The notes under the pieces: model-generated
Told to the model about the DNA's origin: nothing
Seen by the model: only the letters and a program-made list of their open reading frames with translations
The model's database searches: none
Assembly: GCA_002503055.1 (NCBI GenBank)
Contig: DAQX01000023.1
Coordinates: forward strand, 15,297 to 79,296
Reading direction: 5' to 3'
DNA length: 64,000 bases
DNA from: Euryarchaeota archaeon UBA86
GTDB lineage: Archaea > Thermoplasmatota > Poseidoniia > Poseidoniales > Thalassarchaeaceae
Part shown: in pieces, positions 36,699 through 49,194 of the stretch
Layout of the letters: each line of letters starts with the position of its first letter
Numbering within the stretch: the first letter of the stretch is position 1
Translations under genes and position numbers: made by a program

Positions 36699-39395
36699 TC
36701 ATTCCTCTTCGAAGTCCGCCTCATCGACATCAGACGAGTCAACCAGTTCTGCAGGTAACCGTGCTACGAAGATTATCTCGTCATCGTATCCGGTTCTAGC
36801 AGGATTGCGTAATTCCATTATCCGAGTCCCCTTAGTGACCTTACCAAGAGTCTCCTTGGTCTGACCTGAGGTCATTCTAATCATCATTCCAGTCTTAGTA
36901 AGAATGAATAATTGATCGTCTAAATCAGGTATCTGTCTGACACTTACTATGTGATCATCATCGCGTAGGGACATCGTTCGCACACCCTTAGTACCTCGAT
37001 TTGTACGCCTATAGCCATCTCTATGGCTGACTCCTTCACCTTCATCATCGAGCATCTGCGCACCATCCTCATCGAGGAGAGGGACCATCTCTCCGGAGCC
37101 TAAACGGCTTCGCTTTGCCATTCCGAACTTGGAGATAGTTAGCACACTCGTATCAAAATCGTCTGTTACAATCATTCCGATTACACGATCGCCCTTTTGC
37201 AACTTCATGCCAGAGACGCCTTGACTTACTCTACCCTGTACTCTGACAACACGAGTCGTCACGATGTCTCCTGAGTTTGGGTCCGTACGTGACTTCTCTT
37301 CAGCAGGCATGAATCTGCAAGCATTGCCTCTGGCCGAGACAAGTACGACATGATCGCCCTCAGTAGCGGGCCTTACTGAAACAAGAGCATCATCCTCGCC
37401 ATCAGCGAATTTTAGTGCATACTTGCCGCTTCTGTTTATCTTGACGTATTCAGATAGGTGACTCCTCTTTATCCTGCCATTCTGAGTTGAGAATATCAGG
37501 AAGTGCCCCTCTGGATTCTCAATCAGATCCCTGCTCATCGGTAGAATCGATATCACCTTCTCGTCCTCCCTGATTCCTCCCAGCAAGTTACGAACATGGG
37601 TCCCTCTCCCGTACCTGCTAGCTGACGGCGTTTCCCATGCTCGGAGACCATACACCCTCCCCATGTCAGTAAAAATTAGCAACCTGTCCTTGGAGAAGCA
37701 GGTCACTATCTTGGAGGGTGCGTCTTCCTCCTTCGTGGAGACTCCCTTGAGCCCCTTCCCCCCTCTGTTCTGAAGACGGAAAGACTCAACAGGCAGGTGC
37801 CTCATATAGTTGTCCTGAGTCAGTGATATAACGATAGACTGCTCTGCAACTAGATCTTCTCTGTCCATCGAGAGCGGTGTCGGATTGATCTCTGTTCTGC
37901 GGTCGTCGCCATGCCTCTCAACTACCTCTTCTAGCTCTTCGACAATGATATTCAGGCGCTTTACCCTACTATCCAGTATCCCTTTGAAATTCTTTATCGC
38001 TTCCTTCAGTTTTTCAAGCTCCTCTGCGACCTCCTTTACGTTTAGCTTGGTCAGTTGGTAGAGCCTCCTCTCTGCGATAGCCTTGGACTGCCTCTCTGAG
38101 AAGTCAAACTTCTTTATTTTCGGGTATTTTTCCTCTCCTCTGAGGTATTTTTCGAATTGGTCTCTAGAGTCCGAGTTACGGCCAACTACAATGATTTCAT
38201 CCATCCTCTTCTGTGCTTTGATCAAACCGTCGAGAATGTGGGCCCTGGCTTCCGCCTTTTCCAAATCGAATTGCGTCCGCCTCTCAATTATTGACTCCCT
38301 GTGCCTGACATGAGTGTGCAATATGGTACATAGGTCAAGCTGTACCGGCTCTCCCCTCAGTATTCCCATCATATTCGCCGAGTATGACTCCTGTAATCTG
38401 CTGGATTGGTATAATTGATTCAATACCGCCTGCGGGTCAGCATTCTGCTTGATCTCGATGACTACCCTAATCCCCTCTTTACTGGACTCATCCCTGATGT
38501 CCCTGATTCCTTTCACGGATTCCTTCTGAACAAGTTCAGCTATTCCCTGTAGCATTGGCGCCTTTTTCACTTGATATGGAATTGAGTGAACTACCAGCCT
38601 CTTGCCGCTGGAGTCGTCTATCACCTCAACATCAGATCTAATGTGGAATCGTCCATGCCCAGTTCTGTACATATCTACAATGCCATCGATGCCGTACAGG
38701 GTGGCGCCCGTTGGAAAGTCAGGTCCTCTCATATATTCCATATATTCGAGAGCGTCTATTTTTGGGGGGTTGTCGAGACCAATCTTTCTATTCTGTTCAA
38801 TCACCCTTCCAATGTGGAATTTTATCGCTGCAGCAACCTCCCCGAGGTTGTGAGGCGGGATTTTCGTTGCCATGCCAACTGCAATGCCATCGCTCCCATT
38901 TAGGAGTAGGTTTGGAAGCCTGGAAGGCAAAACTGTGGGTTCGATCTCACTCTCGTCAAAGTTCGGCTCCATGTCGATCGTGTTTTTGTTGATATCTTCT
39001 AGCATGTGCAGGGATAGGCGGTCGAGCCTGCTCTCGGTATACCTCATTGCAGCCGGTGGATCCCCGTCAATCGAGCCAAAGTTACCTTGTCCGTCAACAA
39101 GGGGGTACCTAAGTGAGAACTCCTGTGCCATCCTGACCATTGTATCGTATAGCGCCTGATCACCATGGGGGTGATACTTCCCCATGACTTCGCCAACCGA
39201 CCTAGCTGACTTACTGTACCCCTTTTCATGGGTGTGTCCTGCCTGGTGCATACCCCATAGGATCCTCCTGTGGACCGGCTTTAGTCCGTCCCTTACATCC
39301 GGCAGGGCTCGTCCAATAATCACGCTCATCGCGTAATTGATGTAGCTTTCTTTCATCTCGTCGGAGATGTCCCTTCTCAGTAAATCTTCACTCAT
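36699..39395 (-). CDS. gyrA: DNA gyrase subunit A
   Basis: '[29 protein letters not shown]', '[17 protein letters not shown]', active-site region '[10 protein letters not shown]' and C-terminal beta-pinwheel repeats. Confidence 0.98.
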   Translation of the reverse strand: MSEDLLRRDISDEMKESYINYAMSVIIGRALPDVRDGLKPVHRRILWGMHQAGHTHEKGYSKSARSVGEVMGKYHPHGDQALYDTMVRMAQEFSLRYPLVDGQGNFGSIDGDPPAAMRYTESRLDRLSLHMLEDINKNTIDMEPNFDESEIEPTVLPSRLPNLLLNGSDGIAVGMATKIPPHNLGEVAAAIKFHIGRVIEQNRKIGLDNPPKIDALEYMEYMRGPDFPTGATLYGIDGIVDMYRTGHGRFHIRSDVEVIDDSSGKRLVVHSIPYQVKKAPMLQGIAELVQKESVKGIRDIRDESSKEGIRVVIEIKQNADPQAVLNQLYQSSRLQESYSANMMGILRGEPVQLDLCTILHTHVRHRESIIERRTQFDLEKAEARAHILDGLIKAQKRMDEIIVVGRNSDSRDQFEKYLRGEEKYPKIKKFDFSERQSKAIAERRLYQLTKLNVKEVAEELEKLKEAIKNFKGILDSRVKRLNIIVEELEEVVERHGDDRRTEINPTPLSMDREDLVAEQSIVISLTQDNYMRHLPVESFRLQNRGGKGLKGVSTKEEDAPSKIVTCFSKDRLLIFTDMGRVYGLRAWETPSASRYGRGTHVRNLLGGIREDEKVISILPMSRDLIENPEGHFLIFSTQNGRIKRSHLSEYVKINRSGKYALKFADGEDDALVSVRPATEGDHVVLVSARGNACRFMPAEEKSRTDPNSGDIVTTRVVRVQGRVSQGVSGMKLQKGDRVIGMIVTDDFDTSVLTISKFGMAKRSRLGSGEMVPLLDEDGAQMLDDEGEGVSHRDGYRRTNRGTKGVRTMSLRDDDHIVSVRQIPDLDDQLFILTKTGMMIRMTSGQTKETLGKVTKGTRIMELRNPARTGYDDEIIFVARLPAELVDSSDVDEADFEEE

Positions 39396-39398
39396 TGT

Positions 39399-41389
<1,991 letters not shown>

Positions 41390-41467
41390 ATCAACATTCT
41401 AATCCGTACGCTGGAGGTTATTCAATCCTACTCTAAATCACGATAAAATAATGTATTTTTACCGTTT

Positions 41468-41489
41468 TTTCCATTGTTAACAATGGAAA
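41468..41489. promoter_or_regulatory. perfect 22-nt palindrome TTTCCATTGTTAACAATGGAAA spanning the aroD start codon
   Basis: Read directly from the sequence. An AT-rich TATA-like stretch (ATAAAATAAT, about 41443-41452) lies ~20 nt upstream. The palindrome contains ATG 41483. Confidence 0.45.
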
Positions 41490-42346
41490 CAATATCTCTC
41501 GACACGATTATACCAAATCGCAAGATGGGGCGCCTAATGTCCCGTCCGCTGGTATGTGTAACTCTCAGAGGCTACACTGTCGACGACGTCCTCAAGGATG
41601 CCGCTGTCGCCACTGCTGCAGGTGCGGATCTAGTTGAGGTCAGGCTTGATTTGCTTTGGGCCAGGGAACAGGATAGGGATGCCACTGCTAGCGGTGCCGA
41701 TGCAGACTCTAATGACTCTAGGGGGCCGAAGTACGAGCCGCCTGAGATCATTTCTCAGCCTCTGGAATCGGTCGACATAGATGCGGCCCTAGCATCCCTG
41801 AAGCAGGGAATTGACCTCCCAGTAGTGCTGACTTGTAGGCCGGAGCGCCAAGGAGGACACTACCCTGGAGAAGAGGCAGAACGTATCGAAGTACTATCCA
41901 GTGCAATATCTAGTGGTGTTAGCTGGATTGATTTGGAAGTAGATATCGTGGCCGAATCACGAAAGTCACTGATTGAGGCCACCAAAGGTAAGACCAAAAT
42001 AATCGCTTCTTTGCATTCAGTTGAGAACCCTCCTTCTGCTTCGGAAATCATTCAAGATGTCGAAGACTCCTCAGATATGGGGGATATTGTCAAACTCTGC
42101 TACAATACATCCGGAAGAGCCGACGGGCTGAGGTTGTTCGAAGCTTCTTGGGACTTGAAGGAGACAGAATATGACTACGCAATTATGGGTTCAGGATGGG
42201 GCGGAGACTGGACCAGAATCCATGCTCCAATATTGGGACAGGCCCTAGTATACGCCACCATGGAGAAGGGATTCCACCTATCCAGAATGGGCAGAATAAA
42301 TGCCTCCGATCTACAGATGGCTTGGAAACTATTGGAATACGAGTAA
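41483..42346 (+). CDS. aroD: 3-dehydroquinate dehydratase, type I
   Basis: 'VCVTLRGYTVDDVLKDA...GADLVEVRLDLL', 'IASLHS' (catalytic His region) and 'DIVKLCY' (Schiff-base Lys region). It carries an acidic ~40 aa insertion. The start is uncertain (TTG 41474, ATG 41483 or ATG 41525). Confidence 0.78.
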   Translation: METISLDTIIPNRKMGRLMSRPLVCVTLRGYTVDDVLKDAAVATAAGADLVEVRLDLLWAREQDRDATASGADADSNDSRGPKYEPPEIISQPLESVDIDAALASLKQGIDLPVVLTCRPERQGGHYPGEEAERIEVLSSAISSGVSWIDLEVDIVAESRKSLIEATKGKTKIIASLHSVENPPSASEIIQDVEDSSDMGDIVKLCYNTSGRADGLRLFEASWDLKETEYDYAIMGSGWGGDWTRIHAPILGQALVYATMEKGFHLSRMGRINASDLQMAWKLLEYE

Positions 42347-43255
42347 TCAATCGTCTCCGGACCTCTGATCACTCTCATCGTCGAGATATGGCATCTGCCT
42401 AGAATCTTCATTTTCTGAAAGTCCCATCTTCATGTATCTACTATGGATAATCAGGGGCCCGATAATGCAAGCTATAGGCAAGGCCGAAATCAGAATGTAG
42501 GCAATAAAATTAGGAAGAGTAGTTCTCTCTTCTACATCGACCAGTACTTCGACATTCATGACCCCTCCAGAGGCTCCTCTATCAGAAAATCTCTCATTAT
42601 CCCAGCCGTCGACTACCAAGAAATACTGAGTTTCACCTGAGCCGAACAAACCAACCGACGACCAAGCAGAACCGGTCGAGTCTATTGCGACTGAGAAAAC
42701 TTGTTCTGAAACTCCTTCATATGCATGCACATCCCTGTAAGGTAACCAAACCAAAGTGTCTCGCCATTCTACAGGAATCTCTCGCACCATCTCCTCAAGA
42801 TCGTCCCATTCTCTGTTTTCATAACTGATTGAGTACCTGTCCCAGTTTATGTCATTCATCAGATAAACATCCCCAATGGCCCCCATCTCGGGCTCATCAG
42901 ATGGATCCGGACTCATGGTTATACAGAATGTGTATTGGTACCCAGGAATAAGCTCCATTCTTACTGCGTTTGCACTATCGTTGGAAATAATCATGTCGAC
43001 ACTAAAGTCGCTTCTGAGAGGCCTGAGGTCATCCCTGTCGCCCCCAAAACCCCAATCTCCCCACCAACCATCGTCTTCCAAAGAATGCTCTTCGTAGTAC
43101 TGATTCATTCCTGGAGGGTTACTGGCAGGGACATCACAAGAGCCAGCAGCAGAAACAGTTGGAGTTGCGATCACAGCCACAAGAACGGCAAGCATCGGCA
43201 TGAGCAGTGAGGCGTTCAATGCGATTGCTATGCGCGCTTTACGCCTGTGAATCAA
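42347..43255 (-). CDS. secreted hypothetical protein, anchored by a C-terminal TM helix
   Basis: 302 aa with a signal-like N-terminus 'ASLLMPMLAVLVAVIATPTVSAAG', a Trp/Asp-rich ectodomain, the TM helix 'FIAYILISALPIACIIGPLII' and an acidic tail. It starts 2 nt after the upstream giant gene. Confidence 0.6.
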   Translation of the reverse strand: MIHRRKARIAIALNASLLMPMLAVLVAVIATPTVSAAGSCDVPASNPPGMNQYYEEHSLEDDGWWGDWGFGGDRDDLRPLRSDFSVDMIISNDSANAVRMELIPGYQYTFCITMSPDPSDEPEMGAIGDVYLMNDINWDRYSISYENREWDDLEEMVREIPVEWRDTLVWLPYRDVHAYEGVSEQVFSVAIDSTGSAWSSVGLFGSGETQYFLVVDGWDNERFSDRGASGGVMNVEVLVDVEERTTLPNFIAYILISALPIACIIGPLIIHSRYMKMGLSENEDSRQMPYLDDESDQRSGDD

Positions 43256-43257
43256 CC

Positions 43258-46200
43258 TCAGCGCCTCCTCGTCCGAATCGGTCGGACATATCCTGACTCC
43301 TTGTTTCTTCGCTCTTCTACTGTCAGATACTTTGGTTGCGGAGGAGGGCGGTGTTGATCCATGCCAGGAAGTCCACCTTCTACTTCTACCTCGGCGACAT
43401 CATAGTTCTCTAGCATGTCCTCTGCATCCATCTCTTCCTCATCCTTTTCCCGCATAATCAACCATCCCAGAATCAGGACAGCCGCAATGAGGGCCAACAA
43501 GAGTGCACTCTGTGAATTCGGAATCAAATCCTTCCAAGTCAAATCTGAGAGAGACTTAGGAAGATCGTCTTCCTGAATTGAGAGCACAGTGATTACATAT
43601 TCTTCTGTAGTGCAAACGCCCACTCCGTCACATACTTCCATCAGGATTCTGATTTCTCCCGCTTGATTCCATGTTTGATTCCCCCAAAGCCAGTCGTTAC
43701 GAGTATCTCCATCCAAGTCAGAATCCTGCAGAGCATTCAGATCCCACCTCACAGTTAGTGGGCCCGTTAGCGGCCTGTCTCTGTCGTTAGAAGAATCTCC
43801 ATCTCCGTCACTATCGTCTGTGTTATCCAAATCCATCCAAGCCTGAATACCGTCAATAAGGTCGCCATCGATCGCACTGGAATTCAGAAATACAGGATCC
43901 CCAATTGTGACATAGTCAGCCGAAATTGGATCATCAGTCAGGATAACCGGGGCCCTTGAGACATATACTGTCATACTTGTTGAATTGGTCTCACCGCCTT
44001 CGAATCCGTCAACAACAGTCAGTGTCACAGTATAGGTCCCAGGGAGTTCGAAAGAATGCCAAACTACGGGCCCATATTCTGTGGAACTGGCATCTCCGAA
44101 GTCCCAAATCCAAGAAACAATACCATTCCATTCCGAAGACTCTTGGTCAGTAGAGGCCCTACCGACGAACTCCGGATCGGCATCATAACTGCTAGAGCCA
44201 TCGAATCGAATCGGATCTCCGGCAGAAACGAAAGCATCACCCTCTGCTGTCTGAGGGACCATCCATACGACACCATCTTGGTTTTGGGGGATTCCACTCA
44301 ATACAGTGCCATTGATTCCCGGACAACTGAAATCCAAATCAGGTACAGGCAAGGGGTTGGCGATATTAATTGAGTAAGTCTTGGTTGCGGATACCAGCCC
44401 TCTGTCATCAATCACAGTAAGGCTCACAGTGAAGAGTCCAGGCTGTAGGAAGGTATGGCTGACAGAGGAGACATTGTAAATCTGCTCGTCCATATCGGAT
44501 ATTTCCCAAATGGTCTGTAGTAGAGCAGTGTCTCCATCAGGGTCGAACGACTGGCTGATAAATGTGTATTGGGTGTCTATTGTTCCATCAGCAGGCCGTG
44601 AGAATACAGCTACTGGTCGTTGGTTGAATACTTGAACTACGAGTAGTGCAGTAGATGAGTTCCCATCATCGTCAGTAACCTCCAAAGTCACATTTTTCAG
44701 GCCTGGTTCCAACCACCCTACGACTGGATTCTGCAATATCGATTCTGTAGCAGAGAAGTCGGAAGTCAAAGTCATTCCAGAACCACCCATATTGACTCCT
44801 CCTTCGAAGAACCAGTTGTACTCTACAATCATTCCATCCGAGTCCTCAAAGATTGTAGGCATCACCAGAGGAGTCAAGGTACTGGTCTGTAGAGGGTCAT
44901 CGAAGATTTGCTCGGGTAGCCGATTTAGTACCTTGATGTAAATCGAATGCTCGACTTGGTGAATTCCATCGTCTACAGTCAGAGTTAGTGTGTAGATAAT
45001 CCCGTCTGCACTCCCGTCGACCCACGAATGTCCAGCTTCCACCATTCCCTTTGCCGATTCGATGTCTCCATCTCCCCAGTCCCATGTGAAAACCAATTCC
45101 TCCAGAGGTACATTGTCTGTCGTACCTCTTGCAGAGAATTGGACTCTCTGGTCCGTAAGTAGAATCAGTTCATCACTAATCACAACCCCGTCTACAGAAA
45201 TTTCAGGAACAGGGTCAGAGATGTCACTAACTGTGATGTTCCAACTCTGAGACTCGGAGTAGTAACCGCCTTGATCTTGAACGATTAGTACGACCTCATA
45301 TTCTCCTGCGTTGAGGTATGGGTGAGTCGGATTCTTCAGACTGGACGAGTTGTTATCTCCCAAATCCCAAACATATCCAACGGGCGTATCATTGTGACTG
45401 AATGTTCCGTTCAATTGTCCGAATCCCCATGAATCATATCCGGAACCGAACATATCTACGGGAAGCCAAGTCTGAGTAATCGAAGTTGATACTGACCCAG
45501 ATGCTATTGGCTCCATATTCGCAAGAGATAGGGGCAGTGTAAACGCTTGGTCGACTAGTTGCCCAGTGACATCGCGTATCTCCACCCCGAATGTCCAGTC
45601 TCCGGTCTCAGGAGGTGTAAACCATACGCTGTTGGGGGACGGGATACTATTTCCTGCTGTTACATCGAAGATAACCGTGTCAGCCAGGGTGTTGTTCACA
45701 TAAGCCTCGACAGTAACTTCTAGTATCTCAAAGAAAGCATTTGACTGTACTTCGAGATCAACTTGCACACTGTCATCAAGTCCGTTCTCATCACGATCGA
45801 ACGGAGTAATGGTATCGATGTAAACTTCAGCCGGATCAGTAATTAAGCCCGCGTAGACCGTGGCCGATGCGGTTGGATAAGAGCCAGTTGTAATTCCACA
45901 AGTAGCATAGTTGTAATCGCAGTCGCTGACCATAGATTCGTACCAAGTCAGTAGCCATACTTCGTCACTTGAGTTTCCAAATCCGTGTACTAGGCCCGTG
46001 GCTGCACCAGTCCCCGAATCCACTCTCATATTGGTCATGGTCCATGTTCCAGTGACAGAATCACGAGCCATTATTACTCCTTCAAATCCAAATTGAGTAG
46101 GCTGAACCATCAAATTGAGTGGAGCTCCTGAGCCCTGTGTGAACTTGTAGGCCCTCATTCCCCAGCCTTCGAAACTCTGACTAGAGCTATTCCAATCATT

Positions 46201-47373
46201 CACCCACTGGTCATTATAACCACTCATCTGAGCCTTGCAAATGTAAGCGGCAATGCAACCCGAGGTCAAATCTAGGTTTGAGAACCCGAATGCACCTTGC
46301 GCACTGTCGAGTGCAACTGCAATACTGAAATTAGCGAAAATCTCACTCATGGTTGTGCCAATCGGAGTTGATCCAGGCTCAGGATTCTGGGCTAGGTTCT
46401 CAATCGAAGCGCCGCCTGTGGTTGTATCTGCTACCAATCTCTGGATGGCAATTCCTCCTCCCAGTTTATCGGCCAAGTACATCATGAACATGAATCCGGC
46501 CCCGTAGTCAGCTATCCTGCCGTTCCACCATCTCACACTGAGGCTACTATCCTGAGACCAAGCATTGGCATGACCAGTCAGGGTGCTGGTTACTCCGAAG
46601 CACAGGTATGCTGCCATATCCGCTGCGCCCTCATCAATCCAAAGGTACTCGTAAGGATCTCTTGCATTGTGCAGTAGATGCTCAAACTCATGAGCTAGGA
46701 TTGTGTTCCTCCAACTTAGATCATCAACATCGATGAACACTGATTCTCTAACGGATGACAGTCCGGGCGAGAAGTATCCTCCAACCCCTCCTCCTCCATC
46801 TACTGCGATGAAGACCAACTCAATCTGACAGTTGTTGTCAATATCTGGAGGGGTGCCGAAGTAGGTGGTAACTGTTGGAAATATCGTTGATTCCCATGTC
46901 GAAGCAATATCATTGAGAGTAGTTGATGAGATAATTTGCCCGTTCTCAACTAGAATCACAGAGTTGGCAGAAATCTTCTGAGCAGTCACTCCAACTGTGC
47001 CGCTAGCGGTAGAGATGTTTCCTGTATCTCCTTGGCTCCAAGCGTTAGCACACGAACGTACACTAGACTTCGCGCTGAGATAACCGGGAGAGAACGGCAT
47101 CACCAGTCCCGGATAGCCCGCATCCCTCCATTCCATCTTTAGGTGGCCAGTGGCCGAGAATACTGGTTCAGAATCGTTTGTGAACATGTACCGCTTGCCC
47201 TCAATAGAGGGAGTAAAGTCGGATAAATCGCCAGACATGACCGTAGGATCAATATCTTCCTGGCCGGATTCGGCCAACGCCAAAGGAGAGATACTGGCCA
47301 TGACCATGCACAGTACCAAAAATACCGAAACTCTCCGGGACATGTTGCCAAAGCCTGAATTCATACTCAACAC
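43258..47373 (-). CDS. giant secreted zinc metalloprotease (gluzincin-like HExxH...E) with multiple PKD-type repeats and a C-terminal TM anchor
   Basis: Signal peptide 'VSVFLVLCMVMASISPLALA'. 'ILAHEFEHLLHNARDPYEYLWIDEGAADMA' gives HEFEH (codons 46678-46692) with a downstream Glu in a WIDEGA context. PKD signatures include 'WDLGDNNSS...HPYLNAGEYEVVLIVQDQGG', 'WDWGDGD...YTLTLTVDDG' and 'WDFGDASS...PGTYTVTLTVVDG'. The TM helix is 'LLLALIAAVLILGWLI'. Met 47343 is an alternative start. Confidence 0.8.
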   Translation of the reverse strand: MLSMNSGFGNMSRRVSVFLVLCMVMASISPLALAESGQEDIDPTVMSGDLSDFTPSIEGKRYMFTNDSEPVFSATGHLKMEWRDAGYPGLVMPFSPGYLSAKSSVRSCANAWSQGDTGNISTASGTVGVTAQKISANSVILVENGQIISSTTLNDIASTWESTIFPTVTTYFGTPPDIDNNCQIELVFIAVDGGGGVGGYFSPGLSSVRESVFIDVDDLSWRNTILAHEFEHLLHNARDPYEYLWIDEGAADMAAYLCFGVTSTLTGHANAWSQDSSLSVRWWNGRIADYGAGFMFMMYLADKLGGGIAIQRLVADTTTGGASIENLAQNPEPGSTPIGTTMSEIFANFSIAVALDSAQGAFGFSNLDLTSGCIAAYICKAQMSGYNDQWVNDWNSSSQSFEGWGMRAYKFTQGSGAPLNLMVQPTQFGFEGVIMARDSVTGTWTMTNMRVDSGTGAATGLVHGFGNSSDEVWLLTWYESMVSDCDYNYATCGITTGSYPTASATVYAGLITDPAEVYIDTITPFDRDENGLDDSVQVDLEVQSNAFFEILEVTVEAYVNNTLADTVIFDVTAGNSIPSPNSVWFTPPETGDWTFGVEIRDVTGQLVDQAFTLPLSLANMEPIASGSVSTSITQTWLPVDMFGSGYDSWGFGQLNGTFSHNDTPVGYVWDLGDNNSSSLKNPTHPYLNAGEYEVVLIVQDQGGYYSESQSWNITVSDISDPVPEISVDGVVISDELILLTDQRVQFSARGTTDNVPLEELVFTWDWGDGDIESAKGMVEAGHSWVDGSADGIIYTLTLTVDDGIHQVEHSIYIKVLNRLPEQIFDDPLQTSTLTPLVMPTIFEDSDGMIVEYNWFFEGGVNMGGSGMTLTSDFSATESILQNPVVGWLEPGLKNVTLEVTDDDGNSSTALLVVQVFNQRPVAVFSRPADGTIDTQYTFISQSFDPDGDTALLQTIWEISDMDEQIYNVSSVSHTFLQPGLFTVSLTVIDDRGLVSATKTYSINIANPLPVPDLDFSCPGINGTVLSGIPQNQDGVVWMVPQTAEGDAFVSAGDPIRFDGSSSYDADPEFVGRASTDQESSEWNGIVSWIWDFGDASSTEYGPVVWHSFELPGTYTVTLTVVDGFEGGETNSTSMTVYVSRAPVILTDDPISADYVTIGDPVFLNSSAIDGDLIDGIQAWMDLDNTDDSDGDGDSSNDRDRPLTGPLTVRWDLNALQDSDLDGDTRNDWLWGNQTWNQAGEIRILMEVCDGVGVCTTEEYVITVLSIQEDDLPKSLSDLTWKDLIPNSQSALLLALIAAVLILGWLIMREKDEEEMDAEDMLENYDVAEVEVEGGLPGMDQHRPPPQPKYLTVEERRNKESGYVRPIRTRRR

Positions 47374-47422
47374 TCCGTGTTGTAACCAATCACATTGCGC
47401 TCAAAGACCTATTTTAACATCG

Positions 47423-48436
47423 ATGGAGCATCGTTCGTACATGGGCCGCGGATTCTCTGACATTAGCCGCCTTTGCGCCCTAATGCTCGGCGCCCTCATC
47501 ATCACTTTCTCATCAACCGCTACTGCTCAGATAACAACAGCTGAGATAACCATAATTTCGACGCATACGCACGACCAATCTGCCTTCACACAGGGTCTTG
47601 AGATGCATAATGACTTCCTCTACGAGAGCACCGGCCTGTATGGGCAATCCAGCCTTAGACAAGTAGATCCGGATAGTGGAGAGGTCCTACGAATTAAGAT
47701 GCTTAACGAATCCTATTTCGGCGAAGGCATTACAATCGTCAATGATAGCATCTATATGCTTACTTGGAAACAAGAAATCGCCCTGATTTTCGATATCGAA
47801 TCTTTTGATTTAGTGGCCAATTTAAGTTACTCTGGAGAGGGCTGGGGGTTGTGCTATGATGGCACCCATCTCGTGATGTCAAACGGAAGTTCCGATTTAA
47901 CAATCAGAAATCCATCGGACTTTACTATAATTTCTACCATCACTGTAAGCGACGGTGGGTCTGAAGTCGACCTGCTGAATGAACTCGAGTGCGTCGGAGA
48001 AGTCGTTTATGCAAATGTATGGGGCAGCGATCTGATTGTTGCTATCGACAAATCATCAGGAGATGTCTTGTACACTATCGACGCCTCTTCATTATCTCAC
48101 GGCGAGTCGGATGACCCAAATGCTGTCCTAAATGGGATTGCATACATTCCAGACCGTGATGCATTTCTCCTTACTGGAAAGAATTGGAGCTCAATGCATT
48201 TGGTTTCATTCTCCTATGATGAACAGGTTATCGAGGAAGAACCAGAATCACTGATCATTTCGGTTCTGAGCGTGGTTTGGCCCGTCTTCTTAATCGCTAT
48301 ACTAATTGTCTTCCTTAGTTCAATGAGGCTGTTGAGTGCAGTCATTAGATTCCTAATCGTATTATTCACCAAGCGACAACCTGAACAGCCTTCTCAGATT
48401 AGCGATACATCGTCACAGGGGGCCGAGGAGCAATGA
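47423..48436 (+). CDS. glutaminyl-peptide cyclotransferase (plant/bacterial beta-propeller type), secreted with a C-terminal TM anchor
   Basis: 'FTQGLEMHNDFLYESTGLYGQSSLRQVDPDSGEV', 'YFGEGITIV', 'LTWKQEIALIFD', 'GEGWGLCYDG..LVMSNGSS.L', 'LNELECVGEVVYANVWGSDLIVAIDKSSGDV'. The ORF-track start at 47150 overlaps the opposite-strand gene, so Met 47423 is used. Confidence 0.85.
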   Translation: MEHRSYMGRGFSDISRLCALMLGALIITFSSTATAQITTAEITIISTHTHDQSAFTQGLEMHNDFLYESTGLYGQSSLRQVDPDSGEVLRIKMLNESYFGEGITIVNDSIYMLTWKQEIALIFDIESFDLVANLSYSGEGWGLCYDGTHLVMSNGSSDLTIRNPSDFTIISTITVSDGGSEVDLLNELECVGEVVYANVWGSDLIVAIDKSSGDVLYTIDASSLSHGESDDPNAVLNGIAYIPDRDAFLLTGKNWSSMHLVSFSYDEQVIEEEPESLIISVLSVVWPVFLIAILIVFLSSMRLLSAVIRFLIVLFTKRQPEQPSQISDTSSQGAEEQ

Positions 48437-49182
48437 CAGAGTCCGCAGAGGATCAATTCGAGGACTATAGCGCCATGGAACTGTGGCTACATGACCTCTC
48501 AATTGATCCAGCCACCAGAGTGGCCGGTGGATTGATGATTTTCGTTGGAAGCCTACTTGGACTTCTTTTGGGTATTGTATTAATCTCAGCTAATGTTGGA
48601 GAGATTCTTTCGGGCCAATTGGACGGTTCTGACGGCGTAGCAGATGTCAATGGCACTGTCATTACTGCTCTACAAGACAGCGGTACTGGCGGCGATCCAG
48701 CAGAAGGGGTCACAGTCTCTCTGATTGATTCTGATGGCCTAGTTATTGGCGTTGATGAAACGGATTCTGGAGGCCGATTTTCTGTGAAGGATGTCCCTAG
48801 AAGAACCTCTACTTTAATGGTTGAACACCCGGGTAATATTACAGTCGAGATCAAACTAGTTCCAGGTGATCATGCCCAGATCTCAGTCACTCTAACTCCG
48901 GGCAATGGAGTAGATAAAATCGACATTTCCGGTGAAAGCCACCTTGCCGAATCAGTCCTAATCGGTTCGATGATTGCAGCAATGACTCTGCTAGCCGGTC
49001 TAGCGGGAATGGTTGGAGGTTTAGAGGCATACAGAGGTGATCGCTACCGCAAGACATGGTGGTTAGCATTTTTTGGTTTGTGGAGCAGAGGAATGCTCTT
49101 CATCGGCCCGATGTTAATCCTAATTGGCATGGGGATGGTGAGTCTATCCAGGGATCAGTTCACCGATTACACGAGAGACTAG
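48433..49182 (+). CDS. polytopic membrane protein with an extracytoplasmic carboxypeptidase-regulatory-like beta-sandwich segment
   Basis: ATGA coupling to the cyclase stop. A TM helix is followed by 'GVTVSLIDSDGLVIGVDETDSGGRFSVKDVP...' (CarboxypepD_reg-like pattern) and three more hydrophobic helices. Confidence 0.55.
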   Translation: MTESAEDQFEDYSAMELWLHDLSIDPATRVAGGLMIFVGSLLGLLLGIVLISANVGEILSGQLDGSDGVADVNGTVITALQDSGTGGDPAEGVTVSLIDSDGLVIGVDETDSGGRFSVKDVPRRTSTLMVEHPGNITVEIKLVPGDHAQISVTLTPGNGVDKIDISGESHLAESVLIGSMIAAMTLLAGLAGMVGGLEAYRGDRYRKTWWLAFFGLWSRGMLFIGPMLILIGMGMVSLSRDQFTDYTRD

Positions 49183-49194
49183 GGGAGGATTTCC

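Noticed and set aside
47150-47422. N-terminal 91 codons of the ORF-track model for the glutaminyl cyclase
   Set aside because: This part overlaps the 5' end of the opposite-strand giant protease gene. The signal peptide and family homology begin after Met 47423.
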